From Octopus vulgaris (lineage: Eukaryota): a DNA stretch of 64,000 bases. Positions 10,977 to 24,404 of the stretch are shown here, in pieces. A model generated the notes under the pieces. It saw nothing but the letters and a program-made list of their open reading frames with translations, was not told the origin of the DNA and did no database searches. The DNA is taken from NCBI GenBank assembly GCA_951406725.2, contig OX597840.1:32984001-33048000 (forward strand). Reading direction: 5' to 3'. Position 1 is the first letter of the stretch. Every line of letters begins with the position of its first letter. The position numbers and the translations under genes were made by a program.

Positions 10977-11207
10977 TATTTCTTTTGCTACCCACAAGGG
11001 GCTAAACATAGAGGGGACAAACAAGGACAGACAAACGGATTAAGTCGATTACATCGACCCAGTGCGAAACTGGTACTTTATTTATCGACCCCGAGAGGAT
11101 GAAAGGCAAAGCCGACCTCGGCGGAATTTGAACTCAGAACGTAGCGGCAGACGAAATACTGCTAAGCATTTCACCCGGCGTGCTAACGCTTCTGCCAGCT
11201 CGCCGCC
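10977..11207 (-). mobile_element. SINE-B (tRNA-derived) full copy with Tx1-like tail
   Basis: Head ggcggcgagctggcaga, B-box gagttcaaattcc, tail gtcccctctatgtttagccccttgtgggta..aaagaaata running into (TA)n. Confidence 0.85.
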
Positions 11208-11739
11208 TCTTGCATATAAATCTATGTGCGTATATAGACACAGTTATACATACACATACCTAGTCATAGATGGCTACACACACTAACACACACGTACACA
11301 TACACATGCAAGTAGTCACACGAGTGTACACACAACCACACACATACGCACGCACACACACACACACACATACACACTCGCACGCACGCACATAATCTCC
11401 TTTCCTCTCACCCTTATTCTTCTAAGCAAACACACATCTACACATACATAGAAAGGCATGCATGCACGCAGACATAAGATTAATTCGCGGCCAAATTCAG
11501 GGCAGACGTTGAAGAGAAAGGACAAGCTATTGAAAAGGTCGCGAAAAATAGCGACGAACGGACATTCACGAAGAAATAAAACCTTGATTGTTTAACCAGC
11601 ACGTTAAACAAACGATCGATTACGAAGTTGGTCAGATGTGTAACCATATCGTTATTGGCATAATGACCCTCCCAAGAAGCAACAAGATGTGTGTGTGTAT
11701 ACGTGTGTGAGTGTGTGTGCGTATGTGTATATATGTATG

Positions 11740-11770
<31 letters not shown>

Positions 11771-11929
11771 GTTTGTGTGTGGCAAAAACAGATCGATAGA
11801 ATAAGTACTAGGCTTACAAAGAATAATCCCTAGAGTCGATTTGCTCGACTAAAGGCAGTGCTCCAGCATGGCCAAAGTCAAATGACTGTAACAAATAAAA
11901 GAATAAAAGAGTATATATATATATATGTA

Positions 11930-12321
11930 CTAGCAGTGTCGCCCGGCGTTGCTCGGGTTTGTAAGGGAAATAACTATTTATACATTTTTAGAGATGTAAA
12001 GTATAATAGCCATCTCAATATGGCTAACCACAAAGCGGGGTGTTACTGTAGCTTTTTACGTTCTGAGATTTAATAATACATTTTAGAGAGTTACTTCCTT
12101 TATATAAACCAAGCGAAAATGCATTAAAAATGCGGAAAAAATTATGGTAATTTTTTTTTTAATCATAAACTCATCGTAGACGTGCGCTGATACCCAGAAG
12201 GGCTCGATATGAATCACAACTATAAGATACCCGCTTTTGGTTACACTGCACCGCAAAATGAGGGAGTAGTTAGGAATCTAAATCGTAGGAGTCAGACACA
12301 CAACTTCACTTTTATATATAA

Positions 12322-12324
<3 letters not shown>
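11930..12324 (-). mobile_element. Non-autonomous Helitron
   Basis: Minus strand starts A|TCtttatatataaa and ends with hairpin cccgagcaacgccggg then CTAG|T; AT target, no TSD. Confidence 0.8.
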
Positions 12325-12361
<37 letters not shown>

Positions 12362-12374
12362 ACATATGTATACA

Positions 12375-12451
<77 letters not shown>

Positions 12452-12575
12452 CATACATATATATATACAGTGTATATATATATATATATATATAATTTGA
12501 GGGAATATTATTCATAACTTACAGGGAAAAATTCAATTTCGAAATACTAAATCAAATTTCACAAAATATAATATA

Positions 12576-12694
12576 CTAGCAGTATCGCCCGGCGTTGCTC
12601 GGGTTTGTAAGGGAAATAACTATATAAGCATTTTTAGAGAGTTATAGCAAGAAAATAGCAAAAAAATGCATTAAAAATGGAATAAAAAATGATG
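12576..12694 (-). mobile_element. Truncated Helitron 3' end, same family
   Basis: ctagcagtatcgcccggcgttgctcgggtttgtaaggg matches the other copies. Confidence 0.75.
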
Positions 12695-13029
12695 CATATA
12701 TGGGTACAGGACGTCACAGAAGGTAAACAACAGGAAATACGAAATACGAAAATATGGAATACGAACTTTTTTGCGAACAGCGAAAGAAACAATATTATCG
12801 ATTATGCCCGAAATTGCGTTTGACTCCTCTTGCTGATAACTGATGAAGAATTTGTGACCTTGTGTGTTTTCTGTTCGCCTGTGCATTTAGTATGTGTTCG
12901 TTTGTTTATTTACAATACGTTTATTTTTAATTATATATATATAGATATGTCATATTTTCCGTTTGTTGTCTTTTTATTTAATCCTGAAGATATTATTTAT
13001 GTAACGCACGCACTCATTAATCTTTTACC

Positions 13030-13086
<57 letters not shown>

Positions 13087-13295
13087 GTGTGTGTGTGTGA
13101 GTGTGCGCGCGCGCGTGTGTGTGTGTGTGTGTAGTTCAAATTTACAGAAAACAAACGACGAAGACAGGTGAAAGAACAACAAGCAGAGTTTGAAGGTTTT
13201 TTAGTTATAGAAATCGACCCCAGGACTTACTCTTTGGAACCCTAGCACTTATTCTATCGGTTTCTTTTTCCAAAACGCTAAGCTACGGGGACGTG

Positions 13296-13369
<74 letters not shown>

Positions 13370-13840
13370 CGTAGGAGTGACTGTGTGACAAGAAGTTTGC
13401 TGCCTGGTCACTAGGTCAAATAGATTTGGACGATGGAAACTGAAAAAAGCCCGTCGTATATACGTGTTTGTGGGCCGGAGGGGGCTAGCTTCGTGCTTGT
13501 CCCAGACAACCGCTTGTTGACTTCCTTTCCATCCTCGCAACTTAGAAGTTCGACGAAATTAACCGATAGAATATGTCGAATGACTGAGACAAGTAAATGT
13601 TTTTTTAGATATATCGTAGTAATATCTAATGTAGTTGTGGTTTACGACCAGTCAGGACGTTACCATTGGTTTCACTCTTTTTATACTCTTAGCAATATAT
13701 ACGTCTCCCACTGCTAAGAACGTAAAAGGCGCGAAAGCAATGGTGACTCCCTGACAGGCCATACCAGCCACATAGTTTCGGGTTCATTCACACTGCGTGG
13801 CACCTTAGAACCTAGGGTTGGATTCAAAATTCTACCAGGA

Positions 13841-13882
13841 CACCTGATGAAGGCTGGAGAGTAAATCAGCCGAAATTTTGTG
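13841..13882 (+). ncRNA. Degenerate hammerhead motif in a Penelope-like remnant
   Basis: cac-CTGATGA-a-GGCTG...CAGCC-GAAA-tttt-gtg; stem III has decayed. Confidence 0.5.
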
Positions 13883-14475
13883 GTAGCAACAAACAAGATG
13901 AGGACAAATATCCGTCCAATGTAAAAAATGTAAATATTGTACAGAATTCCTCATCTCTAAAATATAGAACAATTTATGATTGTTTCAAAAATTCCATGTT
14001 GACTTAATCTTGCATTGTGTTTTTAAACGACTCCACAATTAATGATGTAGTCATATCCGTTGTACAGATACCCCGTTCATAGAAATGATCCCTCGCAACT
14101 CTCTACAAAAAATAATATGCTGAAGTGTTTGTCTACCGCTTAAATATAGGACATTAATCAATGTTTATAGTGGACGGCACAGCGGTCACGTTTATAAACA
14201 TGATTGAAGATAAGTCAAAATGAATTTGTAGAAATAATTGTAAACTATGAAACAAAAATAATAACGCAAACTCCACTTTTCAGTGCTTATTACTTCTGTA
14301 ACCTCTCAGAGGAAACATGACTCCTCCTTCACTCCTCTCCACCCTTCATTTATGGTTTGAGAATAATTCTATAATTGTTGTAAACTGGAATGGAACTTAC
14401 TGTCTTTCTGCTCACATCCATTCACCATTTAATGCTACTTGCTTTGCATCTTTTAGAGAGATAGATTAGATATAA

Positions 14476-14862
14476 CTAGCAGTATCGCCCGGCGTTGCTC
14501 GGGTTTGTAAGGGAAATAACTATATAAGCATTTTTAGAGAGTTATAGCCAAAAAAATGCATTAAAAATGGAAAAAAATGATGGTAAATTTTTTTTTAAAT
14601 CGTTGACTCATCGTAGACATTTTTAGAGAGTTACTTCCCTTATATAATAGCAAAAAAATGCATTAAAATGGAAAAAAATGATGGTAAATTTTTTTTTAAA
14701 TCGTAGACTCATCGTAGACACGCGCTAATACCCAGAAGAGCTCGATATGAATCACGACTATAAGATACCCGGTTTTGGTTAAACTGCACCGCAAAATGTG
14801 GGAGTAGTTAGGAATCTAAATCGTAGGAGACAGATACACAACCTCTCTTTTATATATAAAGT
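14476..14862 (-). mobile_element. Non-autonomous Helitron with internal ~100-bp duplication
   Basis: Same CTAG/hairpin 3' end and tatatataaa 5' region as 11930-12324. Confidence 0.78.
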
Positions 14863-15889
14863 TAAACTCAAAGAGCAACTAGAAAGTGAAAGTAGTATCT
14901 AACTTAGGATGTCTCATAGATAGTGGTGGCAATGGTGTTGGAGGTGGTAGATGTGGTTATCATGGCAGTGGTGGTGGTGGTGTAGTGGTGACAGTGGATG
15001 TGTATGATGGCAGCAATTATAGTGTTGGTGTTTTTGTAGAGGTGGTGGTGGTGGCGGCGGCAGTGGATGATAATGATAATGATGATGATAGTAGTAGTAG
15101 CATTGATTATGTTAGGATATCTCATGGATGGTAGTGTTGAAGACATTGCAGAGTGTAGTGGTGGTGAAATTGGTGATTTTGAATATGATGCTGGTATTGA
15201 TCTTGGGGTTGTGGTTGCAGAAGATGGTTGTGGTGGTGGCATTGGAGGTTGTAGTAATGGTTGTAGTGGTGGTTGTGAAGATGATTCTGATATTGATAGT
15301 CTTTGCATTGAGGTGGTGGCAGAGTCAGAGTAAATAATAAGAGCCCAGTTAACACAAGATTCTTAAATTTCGGAGATCATAAGATAGAGAGCAAGAAGTT
15401 AAAAGTTCCAATACTGGCCCAATACCTACACCCCAGATTCTTCAACTATTTTATAAGAAAGGGGTTAATGGCAGGATAGGGATTCAGCTTTAAAATAAAT
15501 TGTATCACAAAAAATACATAAATAAATTACTGCTCCAACGATGTAATTTTAGTATGTGTGTATGTATGTATGTGTGTGTGTGTGTGTGTGTGTAAGCAAT
15601 GCAAACAATGGAAAATAATTTAAACACTCATTTTCTGATGTCTAAGGATGGATATTTATGCGTATGAATCTTTTTCTTTTTATTTTCTTTCAAATATAAT
15701 TCTAGGGAACTGAAAAAGCTGTGTACGATGCCAAGCGAATTTAGCTATTTACGATGAACGGATGTTTACGTTACAAACGAATCTCTAGGTCTGTTTACAT
15801 GTTTACGTTAACTACGTCACAAAATAGCTGTTTACGTCACAGTAACAATATTTTGAGAGGCAGTAAATAATATGAGGTCGAAAGAAAGA

Positions 15890-16059
15890 ATATCATTGGT
15901 TAAAATTCGAATTATTAAACAACGTTAAACTTAGAAATTACAATTCCGTTTTCATTTTGGTTTACAATTATGTTTTCTTTTGACACATTCTACCAGTATA
16001 CGAAGTTTCAAATTGTTTAGTTAACTAGGAAAATCTGGCCTTCAAACTGAAAAGATCCC
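15890..16059. mobile_element. Solo terminal fragment of the GGATC-ended MITE family
   Basis: tgttttcttttgacacattctaccagtatacgaagtttcaaatt...gaaaagatcc matches the right TIR at 43417-43515. Confidence 0.7.
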
Positions 16060-16742
16060 AGAATATGCTTCAACACACGAATTCATATAAAGAATCTTGC
16101 AAACCAAATTTATTTCAGACTTCTTTCAGTTTCCATCAATCAAATCCACTCACAAGGCTTTGATCATCCCGAAGCTATAGCAGAAGAATCTTGCCCAAGT
16201 TCCCATGTAGTTGCGAAGCGAACTTCTTAACCACGCAGCCACTCCTACCACGCTTACCACGTCTACAAACACAAAGACACACTTGAGTTTGTTTATTTCC
16301 CCCCACCACCGCCCGACAACCGGTGTTATCCCCGAAACTTAGCGCTTCGACAAAAGGAGAGACTGATAGTATCAGTACTAGCCCTAAAAATTAACTACTG
16401 GGTCGATTTGTTCGATTAAACTATTTAAGACGGTGGTGTTTCAGCATGGCTGCAGTCCAATGACTGAAACCGGTATAAGATAAAAGAAAAAAGATGGCCG
16501 CTGTTCGGGATTTTCAGTTGAAATATGAACGGTTTGCATCTTCTAACATTTTATCTATTTTCTGGGTCTGGCGAAAAGGGGGCAGTACCCTCACATAGAT
16601 TTAGTCGGCCCTTCGAGATCAGAATCGTTAAGACTATCACATAAATTGTTGCTAGTTGACCATTGCAAGACAGAAATACCTTAACGTGGACATCAACTCT
16701 CAAATGAGACGCAGGATACCATCGTGACATGCGGCATGAGTA

Positions 16743-17455
16743 GGCGCAGGAGTGGCTGTGTGGTAAGTAGCTTGCTTACCAACCACATGGTTCCGGGTTC
16801 AGTCCCGCTACGTGGCACCTTGGGCAAGTGTCTTCTACTATAGCCTCGGGCCGACCAAAGCCTTGCGAGTGGATTTGGTAGATGGAAACGGAAAGAAGCC
16901 CGTCGTATATATGTATATTTATATGTATGTATTTGTGCTCCCTCCAACATCGCTTGACAACCGATACTGGTGTGCTTACGCCCCCGTAACTTAGCAGTTC
17001 AGCAAAAGTAACCGATAGAATAAGTACTAGGCTTACAAAGAGTAAAGTCCTAGGCGCAGAAGTGGCTGTGTGGTAAGTAGCTTGTCTATCAACCACATGG
17101 TTCCGGGTTCAGTCCCGCTACGTGGCACCTTGGGCAAGTGTCTTCTACTATAGCCTCGGGCCGACCAAAGCCTTGTGAGTGGATTTGGTAGATGGAAACG
17201 GAAAGAAGCCCGTCGTATATATGTATATTTATATGTATGTATTTGTGCTCCCTCCAACATCGCTTGACAACCGATACTGGTGTGCTTACGCCCCCGTAAC
17301 TTAGCAGTTCAGCAAAAGTAACCGATAGAATAAGTACTAGGCTTACAAAGAGTAAAGTCCTGGGGGTCGATTTGCTCGACTTAAGGCGGTGCTCCAGCAT
17401 GGCCACAGTCACATGACTGATACAAGTAAAAGAGACAAAGAATAAAAGAGTAAAA
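16743..17455 (+). mobile_element. SINE-A tandem dimer (tRNA head, CORE-like ccttgggcaag, internal microsatellite, tail gactgaaacaagtaaaagag); 310-bp duplication
   Basis: Units start at 16743 and 17053 and are near-identical; A-box-like tggctgtgtggt and B-box-like ggttcagtccc. Confidence 0.9.
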
Positions 17456-17584
17456 GGGAGGTTGAAGGTTTGACTATTTTTACCCAATCAGAAAACAGAA
17501 TTTGTAAGCTGTCATTTTGTGCGTGACTGCACGTGTTGTCAACTGTGAACCAATCAAGCATGGAGGAAATTCCGCTTTACGCAT

Positions 17585-18030
17585 ACTCTTACTCTTTTAC
17601 TCTTTTACTTGTTTCAGTCATTTGACTGTGGCCATGCTGGAGCACCGCCTTTAATCGAGCAACTCGACCCCGGGACTTATTCTTTTGTAAGCCCAGTACT
17701 TATTCTATCGGTCTCTTTTGCCGAACCGCTAAGTGACAGGGACGTAAACACACCAGCATCGGTTGTCAAGCAATACTAGCGGAACAAACACAGACACACA
17801 AACACATACATACACACTTATATATATATACATATATACACACTTATATATATATATACATATATACGACAGGCTTCTTTCAGTTTCCGTCTACCAAATC
17901 CACTCACAAGGCATTGGTCGGCCCGGGGCTATAGCAGAAGACACTTGCCCAAGATGCCACGCAGTGGGACTGAACCCGGGACCATGTGGTTGATAGACAA
18001 GCTACTTACCACACAGCCACTTCTGCGCCT
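17585..18030 (-). mobile_element. SINE-A full copy with TSD TTACGCAT, inserted in a MITE remnant
   Basis: TTACGCAT at 17577-17584 and 18034-18041; the uninterrupted host sequence is visible near 31245-31262. Confidence 0.9.
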
Positions 18031-18268
18031 ATATTACGCATGACATATATTTTCTCATAACTTCTTTATTTTGGGAAATTTTTAGAAATCTTTGCGAATT
18101 TCTATTCTACACAAAGGAATTCGTACGATTTTGCAAAGACCAAAAAGAAAAAAAAAACTTTGACACGTGATTTAATGCCTATGTAGCTATTGTTTTTAGC
18201 ATATCTCTCGACCACCTCATACCTCATGTGTTATAAGCATTCAATAACCAAAAAATAACCACGTGGAA

Positions 18269-18594
18269 GGCGGCGAGCTGGCAGAAATATTAGCATGCCG
18301 GGCGAAATGCTTTGTGGTATTTCGTCCGCCACTGCGTAGTAAGTTCAAATTCCGTCGAGGTCGACTTTGCCTTTCATCCCTTCGGAGTCGATAAATTAAG
18401 AACTAGTTACGCACTAGGGTCGATGTAATCGATTTAATCCCTTTGTCTGTCCTTGTTTGTCCCCTCTATGTTTAGCCCCTTGTGAGCAATAAAGAAAAAA
18501 GAAACGTTAGCACGCCGGGCGAAATGCTTTGTGGTATTTCGTCCGCCACTGCGTAGTGAGTTCAAATTCCGCCGAGGTCGACTTTGCCTTTCAT
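18269..18594 (+). mobile_element. SINE-B full copy followed by a partial second unit
   Basis: Head at 18269, Tx1-like tail ending ~18497, second head fragment 18499-18594. Confidence 0.85.
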
Positions 18595-18599
18595 GATGT

Positions 18600-19140
18600 A
18601 AAGGGGCAAGCAGATAAGGTTTATCCATGGAAAGAAAAGCCTACGGAAAAGACCACAGTAATCTCGGTCAATAATGTCACATGTTAACACATTTATTTGC
18701 AAGTAACTCTGTTTTAAATTTTTCCGGGTTCATAGGATCATGCTCAAGGTGGCTTCGTCATTCATACGTGCCATCCTTGCTACATTCACCCATCTTTTTT
18801 TGAAACATTCGCTAGACAAAACTTGCCTCTCTACTCTCACTTTCCTTTTCAAGTGGTACTTGAAGAAGTTGATGAGAGATTGACCAGAGAGGAAAGTGTT
18901 TGTCTCTAATCCTTTCAGACGCGTCCGCCAGATACATTCTTTCGCCATAGCCACAAGTATGATGAAAATAGCTCTTCCTTCCCGTTTGAAGGAAGGAGGC
19001 GTGACAACATTGACGATAGACTCGGCTGATAAACCGACACGTCCCACACGAGAGAGCAGTCGTTCGACATAAGCCCACAGGTCGGAAATGGTTGGACACT
19101 GCACGAGTGCGTGCAGAACGGTTTCGTCGCTCTGACCGCA
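18600..19140 (-). mobile_element. 3' fragment of a second Tx1-type family (ORF2 zinc finger, C-terminus and part of the 3'UTR)
   Basis: CGQSDETVLHALVQC...LINFFKYHLKRK...KKRWVNVARMARMND aligns with the C-terminus of the intact ORF2. Confidence 0.88.
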
Positions 19141-19291
19141 AAGCTACACCAATACACCAAATATCAAATCAATTGGAACAAAAACTGAAGAAATTGAGAA
19201 GTGGCAGCCAAATAGAAAAGACCTAAATCCTTCGAGGTGGTGCTCCAGCATGGCTGCAGTCTAATGACTGAAACAAATTAAAGAATAAAAG

Positions 19292-19700
19292 AGGAGTGGC
19301 TGTGTAGTAAGTAGCCTGCTAACCAACCACATGGTTCCGGGTTCAGTCCCACTGCATGGCACCTTGGGCAAGTGTCTTCTACTATAGTCTCGGGTTGACC
19401 AAAGCCTTTGTAAGTGGATTTGGTAGACGGAAACTGAAAGAAGCCTGTCGTATATATGTGTGTGTGCGTGTGTGTGTATGTGTGTGTGTGTGTGTGTTTG
19501 TCCTCCTAGCATTGCTTGACAACCATTGCTGGTGTGTTTACGTCCCCGTAATCTTAGCGGTTCGGCAAAAGAGAACCGATAGAATAAGTACTGGGCTTAC
19601 AAAAGAATAAGTCCGGGGAGGTCGATTTGCTCGACTAAAAGTGGTGCTCCAGCATGGCCGCAGTCAAATGACTGAAACAAGTAAAAGAGAGTAAAAAAAA
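19292..19700 (+). mobile_element. SINE-A near-full copy
   Basis: Head, core, internal (TG)n and tail present. Confidence 0.88.
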
Positions 19701-20754
19701 AAGAGAATACGTATCTTCTTTCCGTCAGCGGAGTGTGGTCATACTGGAGCACCACCCTGACAGGTTTACAGATGTATATATTTCTTTACTAGTGCGAAAC
19801 TGGTACTTTATTTATCGACCCCGAAAGGATGAAAGGCAGAGTCGACCTCGGCGGAATTTGAAGATGTATAAATCCACCTTGGTACTCAGCTTATTTATAT
19901 ACACTTTCCTCCTCTTCCACCTCCTCCTGCTCCTCCTCTTCCTACTCCTCCCTCTTCTCCTCCTCCTATACTCTTTCCCTTCATCCCGCCCTCCCTCACC
20001 TCATCCCACCCCCATCGTTTAAAATTTTTCCCTCTTCCTTGAAATTCATTCCAGCCCTACTTATAACCCCTTTCGTTCAGGGGTTTGAAAAAAAAAACGA
20101 AAAACCTTTTCAACCGGTAAACAAAAATTTCGTATTTCTCCTTTTTTTTTCCTCTTTTCTTTCCTCTCCCTTTTTTCTCCCTTTTTTTATTTACTTTTTT
20201 TTCTTTTTTCTCTATGTTTTTTTTTTTTCATTTTTTTTTTCGAATTTTACCTTTTTTTTTTCGATTTTTTTCTTTTTTTTCTAGCCCCGGTTCTGCACTC
20301 GCTTGAACCCTCTCAAGAGACTTCAACTTTTAATCCTTTCGCCCGTCAACGTCGTTTTTCCTTTTTGCCTATGACTACTTTCCACCATGCTCTTGTGCCC
20401 ACGACCCCGCCCCTACAAACACACACACACACACACACACATACAGAGGGGCACAGATTGAATTCTCAAGAATATACTTTTACAAAATCCCGTTTGATTA
20501 ATTACCCTCAGCTTGACGTTTCTGGACCTGTAAACGTTTAAGATCTTTTAGATAGCCCCTGTACGTGTGTGTGTCTGTGTGTGTGTGTAGGGCACTGTAT
20601 GGGAGAATGTGTGTGTGAAAGTGTGTGTGTGTATGTGTTTGTCACAGTGTGTGTGTGTGTGTGTATGTGACATTAGGTTGTATACAATGTAGATGTATGT
20701 GCGTGAAAGATATGTACGCTGTCGGGAATAATTCTCACCACTTGTCCCCAACCT

Positions 20755-21420
<666 letters not shown>

Positions 21421-21424
21421 CTAT

Positions 21425-21688
21425 GGGTACTACTTAAGAAGAGTGGTCCCGGTGCGCGCACTCGCGCATCCGCGCTAGCTAGTCGTGACTAGTCGATCTT
21501 TACTTTGTATTTTTGTGTTTTATTTCCTTTTAAAAAAATCATTTACTTTGTGTAAAAAAAATTATTTGTTTTGTGTTTTCTTTACTTTGCTAGGTAGTCG
21601 TTGTAGGATCGACTAGTCACGATTAGCTAGCGCGGATGCGCGAGAACTGGAGTGCGCGCACCGGGACCACTCTTCTTAAATAGTACCC
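21425..21688. mobile_element. MITE with ~75-bp GC-rich terminal inverted repeats
   Basis: gggtactacttaagaagagtggtcccggtgcgcgcactc... / ...gagtgcgcgcaccgggaccactcttcttaaatagtaccc; second copy at 45061. Confidence 0.88.
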
Positions 21689-21799
21689 TATATATCTACA
21701 TACCTACCTACCTATCTGGTATCGTCTATCACATCATTCACTACCTTTCATTTCACCCTTCCTTCTCCTCCTTCACGCTCACGTGTGTGCGTATGTGTA

Positions 21800-21836
<37 letters not shown>

Positions 21837-22226
21837 ACGTGATAAAGAAAGGCTACACAAACCCCGCACAGCGGTTTCGGTAGGTCGATCCCCAGTCCAA
21901 CCAAACAAAACCGCGATTCAGGAAAACAATGTCTGTTTATCTCACATACATTGACATACATTAATATACATTAGATTCTGTGTCCTTACAATAAACCCTT
22001 GGCTGTTAAAACAGAAAACCTTAGCAAATTTATTAGTAAACCACAGCATATAGGCGCAGGAGTGGCTGTGTTGTAGTAAGTAGCTTGCTTACCAACCACA
22101 TGGTTCCGGGTTCAGTCCCACTGCGTAGCACCTTGGGCAAGTGTCTTCTACTATAGCTTCGGGCCGACCAAAGCCTTGTGAGTGGATTTGGTAGACGGAA
22201 ACTGAAAGAAGCCCGTCGTATATATG

Positions 22227-22240
<14 letters not shown>

Positions 22241-22259
<19 letters not shown>

Positions 22260-23435
22260 AATTATTGTATACAGTGCTCAGGTGCACCACAACTTTTCAA
22301 AAGTGCGTATAAAGTATATGCAGTAATGTACAAATGTCTGGGATGTGAATAGTGTATGAGTCAGATACATGCTTGTGTGTGTATGGAGGGGAGAAAGATC
22401 AGGTGTAGCGTTGGCGAATCTCAGGAAGCATGGAAGTTTTAAAGGATGCAGTGCTCCGACAACTAACAACTCAACTGATGCCGGCAGTTTGTTCCATGCT
22501 TCAGCGTGTGTATGGAGGGGAGAAAATCAGGTGTAGTGTTGGCGAATCTCAGGAAGCATGGAAGTTTTGAAGGATGCAGTGCTCCGACAACTAACAACTC
22601 AACTGATGCCGGCAGTTTGTTCCATGCTTCAGCGTGTGTATGGAGGGGAGAAAATCAGGTGTAGTGTTGGCGAATCTCAGGAAGCATGGAAGTTTTGAAG
22701 GATGCAGTGCTCCGACAACTAACAACTCAACTGATGCCGGCAGTTTGTTCCATGCTTCAGCGTGTGTATGGAGGGGAGAAAATCAGGTGTAGTGTTGGCG
22801 AATCTCAGGAAGCATGGAAGTTTTGAAGGATGCAGTGCTCCGACAACTAACAACTCAACTGATGCCGGCAGTTTGTTCCATGCTTCAGCGTGTGTATGGA
22901 GGGGAGAAAATCAGGTGTAGTGTTGGCGAATCTCAGGAAGCATGGAAGTTTTGAAGGATGCAGTGCTCCGACAACTAACAACTCAACTGATGCCGGCAGT
23001 TTGTTCCATGCTTCAGCGTGTGTATGGAGGGGAGAAAATCAGGTGTAGTGTTGGCGAATCTCAGGAAGCATGGAAGTTTTGAAGGATGCAGTGCTCCGAC
23101 AACTAACAACTCAACTGATGCCGGCAGTTTGTTCCATGCTTCAGCGTGTGTATGGAGGGGAGAAAATCAGGTGTAGCGTTGGCGAATCTCAGGAAGCATG
23201 GAAGTTTTGAAGGATGCAGTGCTCCGACAACTAACAACTCAACTGATGCCGGCAGTTTGTTCCATGCTTCAGCGTGTGTATGGAGGGGAGAAAATCAGGT
23301 GTAGCGTTGGCGAATCTCAGCAAGCATGGAAGTTTTAAAGGATGCAGTGCTCCGACAACTAACAACTCAACTGATGCCGGCAGTTTGTTCCATGCTTCAG
23401 CAACTCTCAGCGGGAAAAAAATGTTTCCTAAAGTC
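22241..23435 (-). mobile_element. CR1/L2-group LINE 3' fragment with (ATT)n tail
   Basis: FFPLRVAEAWNKLP C-terminal motif, 3' hairpin gtgcacctgagcac, (ATT)n tail at ~22241-22260. Confidence 0.8.
22377..23401. repeat. Tandem array, 8 x 128 bp, inside the CR1 fragment
   Basis: Unit starts at 22377, 22506, 22634, 22762, 22890, 23018, 23146, 23274; near-identical. Confidence 0.95.
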
Positions 23436-23712
23436 ATATATATATGTGTGTGTGTGTGTGTTTGTCTATCCCCCTTAACATCGCTTCACAACCGATGCTG
23501 GTGTGTTTACGTCCCCCGTAACTTAGCGGTTCGTCAAAATAGACCGATAAAATAAATAGTAGGCTTACAAAGAATAAGTCTTGAGGTCGATTTGCTCGAC
23601 TAAAGGCGGTGTTCCAGCACGGCCGCAGTCAAATGACTGAAACAAGTAAAACAGTATAAACAAAAACTACTCAACACACACATGAGTTTTTTGGACAGGT
23701 ATAGATATATAT

Positions 23713-24143
23713 ACTCTCTTTACTCTCTTTTACTTGTTTCAGTCATTTGACTGCGGCCATGCTGGAGCACCGCCTTTAGTCGAGCAAATCGACACCGGGA
23801 ACTTATTCTTTGTAAGCCCAGTACTTATTCTATCGGTCTCTTTTGCCGAACCGCTAAGTGACGGGGACGTAAACACACCAGCATCGGTTGTCAAGCAATG
23901 CTAGGGGGGACAAACACAGACACACAAACATATACACACACACTTATATATATATATATATATACATATATACATATATACGACAGGCTTCTTTCAGTTT
24001 CCGTCTACCAAATCCACTCACAAGGCATTGGTCGGCCCGGGGCTATAGCAGAAGACACTTGCCCAAGATGCCACGCAGTGGGACTGAACCCGGAACCATG
24101 TGGTTGGTTAGCTAGCTACTTACCACACAGCCACTCCTGCGCC
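23713..24143 (-). mobile_element. SINE-A full copy
   Basis: Complete reverse-complement match; shares subfamily variants with 17585-18030. Confidence 0.9.
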
Positions 24144-24404
24144 TATATATATATTTTATTCTCTTACTTGTTTCAGTGATTTGATTGCGGCCATGGTGGA
24201 GCACTGCCTGAAGGGGTTTTAGTCGAACAAATCCACAAGTGGAACTTATCCTTTGTAAGCCTAGCACTTATTCTATCAGTGTCTTTTGCAAAACCGCTAA
24301 GTTTCGAGGACGTAAACATACCAACAACGGTTGTCAAGTGATGGTGGAGGATCTGTTTATTAGCGAAGTCTCATTCAGAGGTTAAACATAAATAAATCTT
24401 GGTA

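Larger units (their letters stand above)
22053..23660 (+). mobile_element. SINE-A split by a CR1 insertion in its internal (TA)n
   Basis: 5' half 22053-22240 and 3' half 23436-23660. Confidence 0.85.

Noticed and set aside
14886-15355. Gly/Val/Asp-rich ORFs
   Set aside because: Degenerate (GGT/GAT)n low-complexity sequence, open in several frames.
16693-17487. Recurrent small ORFs such as YDGLLSVSVYQIHSQGFGRPEAIVEDTCPRC
   Set aside because: Antisense translations of SINE-A copies, not a gene family.
22377-23401. Regular array that could be mistaken for CRISPR (also 38495-40365)
   Set aside because: Whole units are identical with no unique spacers, there are no cas genes, and the context is eukaryotic.
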